A DNA stretch of 63,325 bases, filler included, from Basidiobolus ranarum (taxonomy: Eukaryota), in the NCBI GenBank assembly GCA_040143965.1. It is 24 parts of 24 records of this genome, joined end to end, with 100 filler letters (N's around TTAATTAATTAA, not from the genome) between each part and the next. Parts side by side here need not be neighbours in the genome. Positions count along the whole stretch, not along the records: positions 60,795 to 63,325 come from JASJQH010010109.1; 23 more parts are not named here. One strand, written 5' to 3'. A program made the translations under genes and the position numbers. This document shows positions 60,795 to 63,325 of the stretch, one piece after another. The notes under the pieces were generated by a model, which had not been told where the DNA came from, did no database searches, and was given only the letters and a program-made list of their open reading frames with translations. The first letter of the stretch is position 1, and each line of letters opens with the position of its first letter.

Positions 60795-63325
60795 ATATAC
60801 TCTGCTTTTGTAGTGGAAAGTGCTACAGTTGGTTGCTTCTTACTATTCCAAGTTTTGGCTCCATTACCATAGAGACAAGTGTACCCAGTTAATGATCTTC
60901 TATCATCAAGGTTTCTTCCCAGTGTGCATCACTGTAGCCTTCAAAGATTTGAGCACCAGGAGTGGCAGAGAATTCTAGAACTAGATCTACAGTTCCTCTC
61001 AAACACCTGAATATCTGTTTTACTGCAGTTTTGTGCTCAAATCCTGGATTTTTGAGATATTGGCTGACAGTTCCCATGTCCACAGCAATGAAATTTTAAT
61101 TAATTTCACATTGGGATCCGTTGGTGTTGATACAGGCTTGCTATTCTCCATGTTGAAGCATTTTTGGATGTCTAGGATGTATCTAGACCGATTCAGCTAG
61201 ATTTGCTGATTGGCTTTATCTCTCTTGAATTGAATTTCAAGAAAATACTTCATTGACCCATATCAGTCATCTGAAATTGGTTTGATAAGCTGCTTATTGT
61301 CTGATTAAGTACTTCTAGATTGTTTGTGGTGATGAGTAAGTCATCCACATATAGTGCCAAGATAAGGATCCTATTTCCAGTTGTTTTGATGTAAATACTG
61401 TGAACTGCTGTGCATTTTTGTAATTGCAGTGATATCAAATAGGTACCTATCTTGTTGTACCATACCCCGGGTGCTTGCATGAGTCCATATAGCAATTTTT
61501 GCAGCTTACAGAGCATATCAGGATGTTTTGGGTCAACAAATCCATCTGGTTGCTCCATATAGATCTCTTCTAAATTTTCATTCAGAAAGGATGTTTTTAC
61601 ATCCATTTGATGTAGATCAAGGTTATAGACAACTGAGAGTGCCATGATCAATGTAATGAAGCCAAACATAGCTACTGGAGCAAAAGTTTTTCAAAATCAA
61701 CTTCAGAGTCTGGGAAAACCATTTGCAACTAATCTTGCTTTGTACCTCTCTATGGGTCCATCTGCTTGGTTCTTGACTTTGTAGACCCATTTGCAAACTA
61801 TTGGCTTTCTACCTGAGGGCAGAGGACTTAAATCCTATGTTTTATTGTCTTCAAGTGTAGAAAACTCATCAGAGATTGCTTTGCCATAAATTGGATTCTG
61901 GACACTCCAGAGCTTGATCTAGAATCTGTGGCTTGCACAGAATGCTGCATGAGCATATATTTCATCATTGGAAGTGTTTTACCAGTTTCCTGGCATATAT
62001 CTTCTTCTAGATGAGCTTCTGGGTTCTGAATCATCCTCTGATGGAATTAGGATTGATTTTTTGGCTGAATAGGGCTCAGATATAGCTGATATTTTGTCAG
62101 ACACTTCCTGCATAGTGCTGATTGTGTTTTCTGCATCAAGAACTGTGATTTGAGCTGAAAAATATGCTTTCTCATCAAAAATCACACAGTTTTGGCCAAC
62201 TTTGCAAGCTCAGAATGCAATTTGTTGTTCTTAGCTTGTATAAGTTCTGATCCCAGCAGCTAGTTTGGTATCATTCTGATCTGCAATAGTGCATCCAGCC
62301 TTACTGAACACAAAATTTAGTTGTTGAGTTGTTGCTTGGCTTGCTGAGAGTATATTCTTGGCTACATTTGGTACACAGAGTATATCATCAAATTTTGCAG
62401 ATGGTGTATTTGGTCTAAATTGAATACAACTGAGCCCTTACCAACTGCATACAGTGCATAGTGATTACCTAAGTAGACTTTCCTTGTTTGCATTGGTTTT
62501 AGGCTTTAAATCAATCTTTCCTGTTAAACATATGCTAGGAAGCATCTGAATCAAGGTGCCATGTTTCTGAGTCTTCTTTAGTGGTTACTGAAAGGGCAGT
62601 CACAAATAGCTGATCCCTCTAAGTCTTTTTATGATTTGCTTGTTCCAATTTTAGCTTTTTGGCAAAAATCCTTTTTCTGCAATCCTTGATAATGTGGCCA
62701 GGTATCTTGCAATAATTGCAGATGATTAATTTCCTATTAAGGGCACTGTTATTGAAGCCTGTTAGATGGCTTGCAGCTCTAAAAAATGCCTGTTGTACAT
62801 TATTTTGCTGAGAATTAGATCTCCTTAATTCTTCAATCAAATGCCTAGCACTAACATTTTCCATTGTGACTGGCTCTGATCTTGATTCCAGGGCAATTAT
62901 GAGGTTCCCAAACTTGTCTGGCAGGCTCCAAAGTAGTGTCATTATTAGTTATCTTCATTTAGAGGTGCTCCAATAGATGAAAGCTGATCTGCTATGTTTT
63001 TATCAACTTTAAATGATTAAGTGTAGAATCAACAGAATTCATCTGAATTGAGAATAATTCTCACCTAAGATATAGCCTATCAGCCAGACTTTTAGTCCTA
63101 TATAGTCCCTCAAGTGTTTCTCAAGCAATTTGGACCTTTTTGGCTGATTGTATTTAACTCAGTTGAGAGTCTCTGAGATGTGGACAAAGTGTAGAGAGTG
63201 CTTTCCTCTGCTTCTTGTGAAAGGCAAGGATAGCTTCTGGTGGTCCCTTTGTCTCAACTTCTTCTCCTGGAACAATTCCCTGAAGGTCCTGGTCTTCTAG
63301 CACCATTTGCATCTTAAAGTTCCAA
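60795..63325 (-). mobile_element. Decayed Ty1/copia gag-pol with integrase deleted
   Basis: gag TLLWSLPDKFGNLIIALES with zinc knuckle CNYCKIPGHIIKDC, protease WHLDSDAS, RT LYVDDLL and RNase H GYSDAHW. The sequence jumps from the pre-integrase region to post-integrase at ~62187. Confidence 0.96.

Overview
This window is not a contiguous locus. It is 24 unrelated small contigs (about 2555 down to 2531 bp, in decreasing length order) joined by an artificial 100-bp linker, N44-TTAATTAATTAA-N44, so adjacency across linkers carries no biological meaning. The DNA is eukaryotic and AT-rich, with short (about 50-95 nt) GT-AG introns and fungal-type genes. This is most consistent with an early-diverging fungus; that is an inference and the genus cannot be fixed from the sequence. 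Roughly half the contigs are decayed, CpG-depleted, often nested transposons: Ty1/copia elements with at least four LTR types, and a CACTA/EnSpm-like family with a CCCTAACA(G/A)AAAT terminus. The rest carry partial host genes: UTP5/WDR43, an MFS sugar transporter, a stomatin/SPFH protein, an amino-acid transporter, a HAUS8/QWRF-like protein, an intron-containing bacterial-type CBM9-like protein, and several secreted or GPI-anchored proteins. Two tandem arrays (about 84 bp and 125 bp units) are also present. The most interesting signals are missed by the ORF track and sit in contig 1: a pseudogenised, spliced, probably Kex2-processed secreted precursor with a Tha p 2-like cysteine scaffold, and a broken HIRAN-domain gene. 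No multi-gene novel system can be demonstrated from these disconnected fragments.
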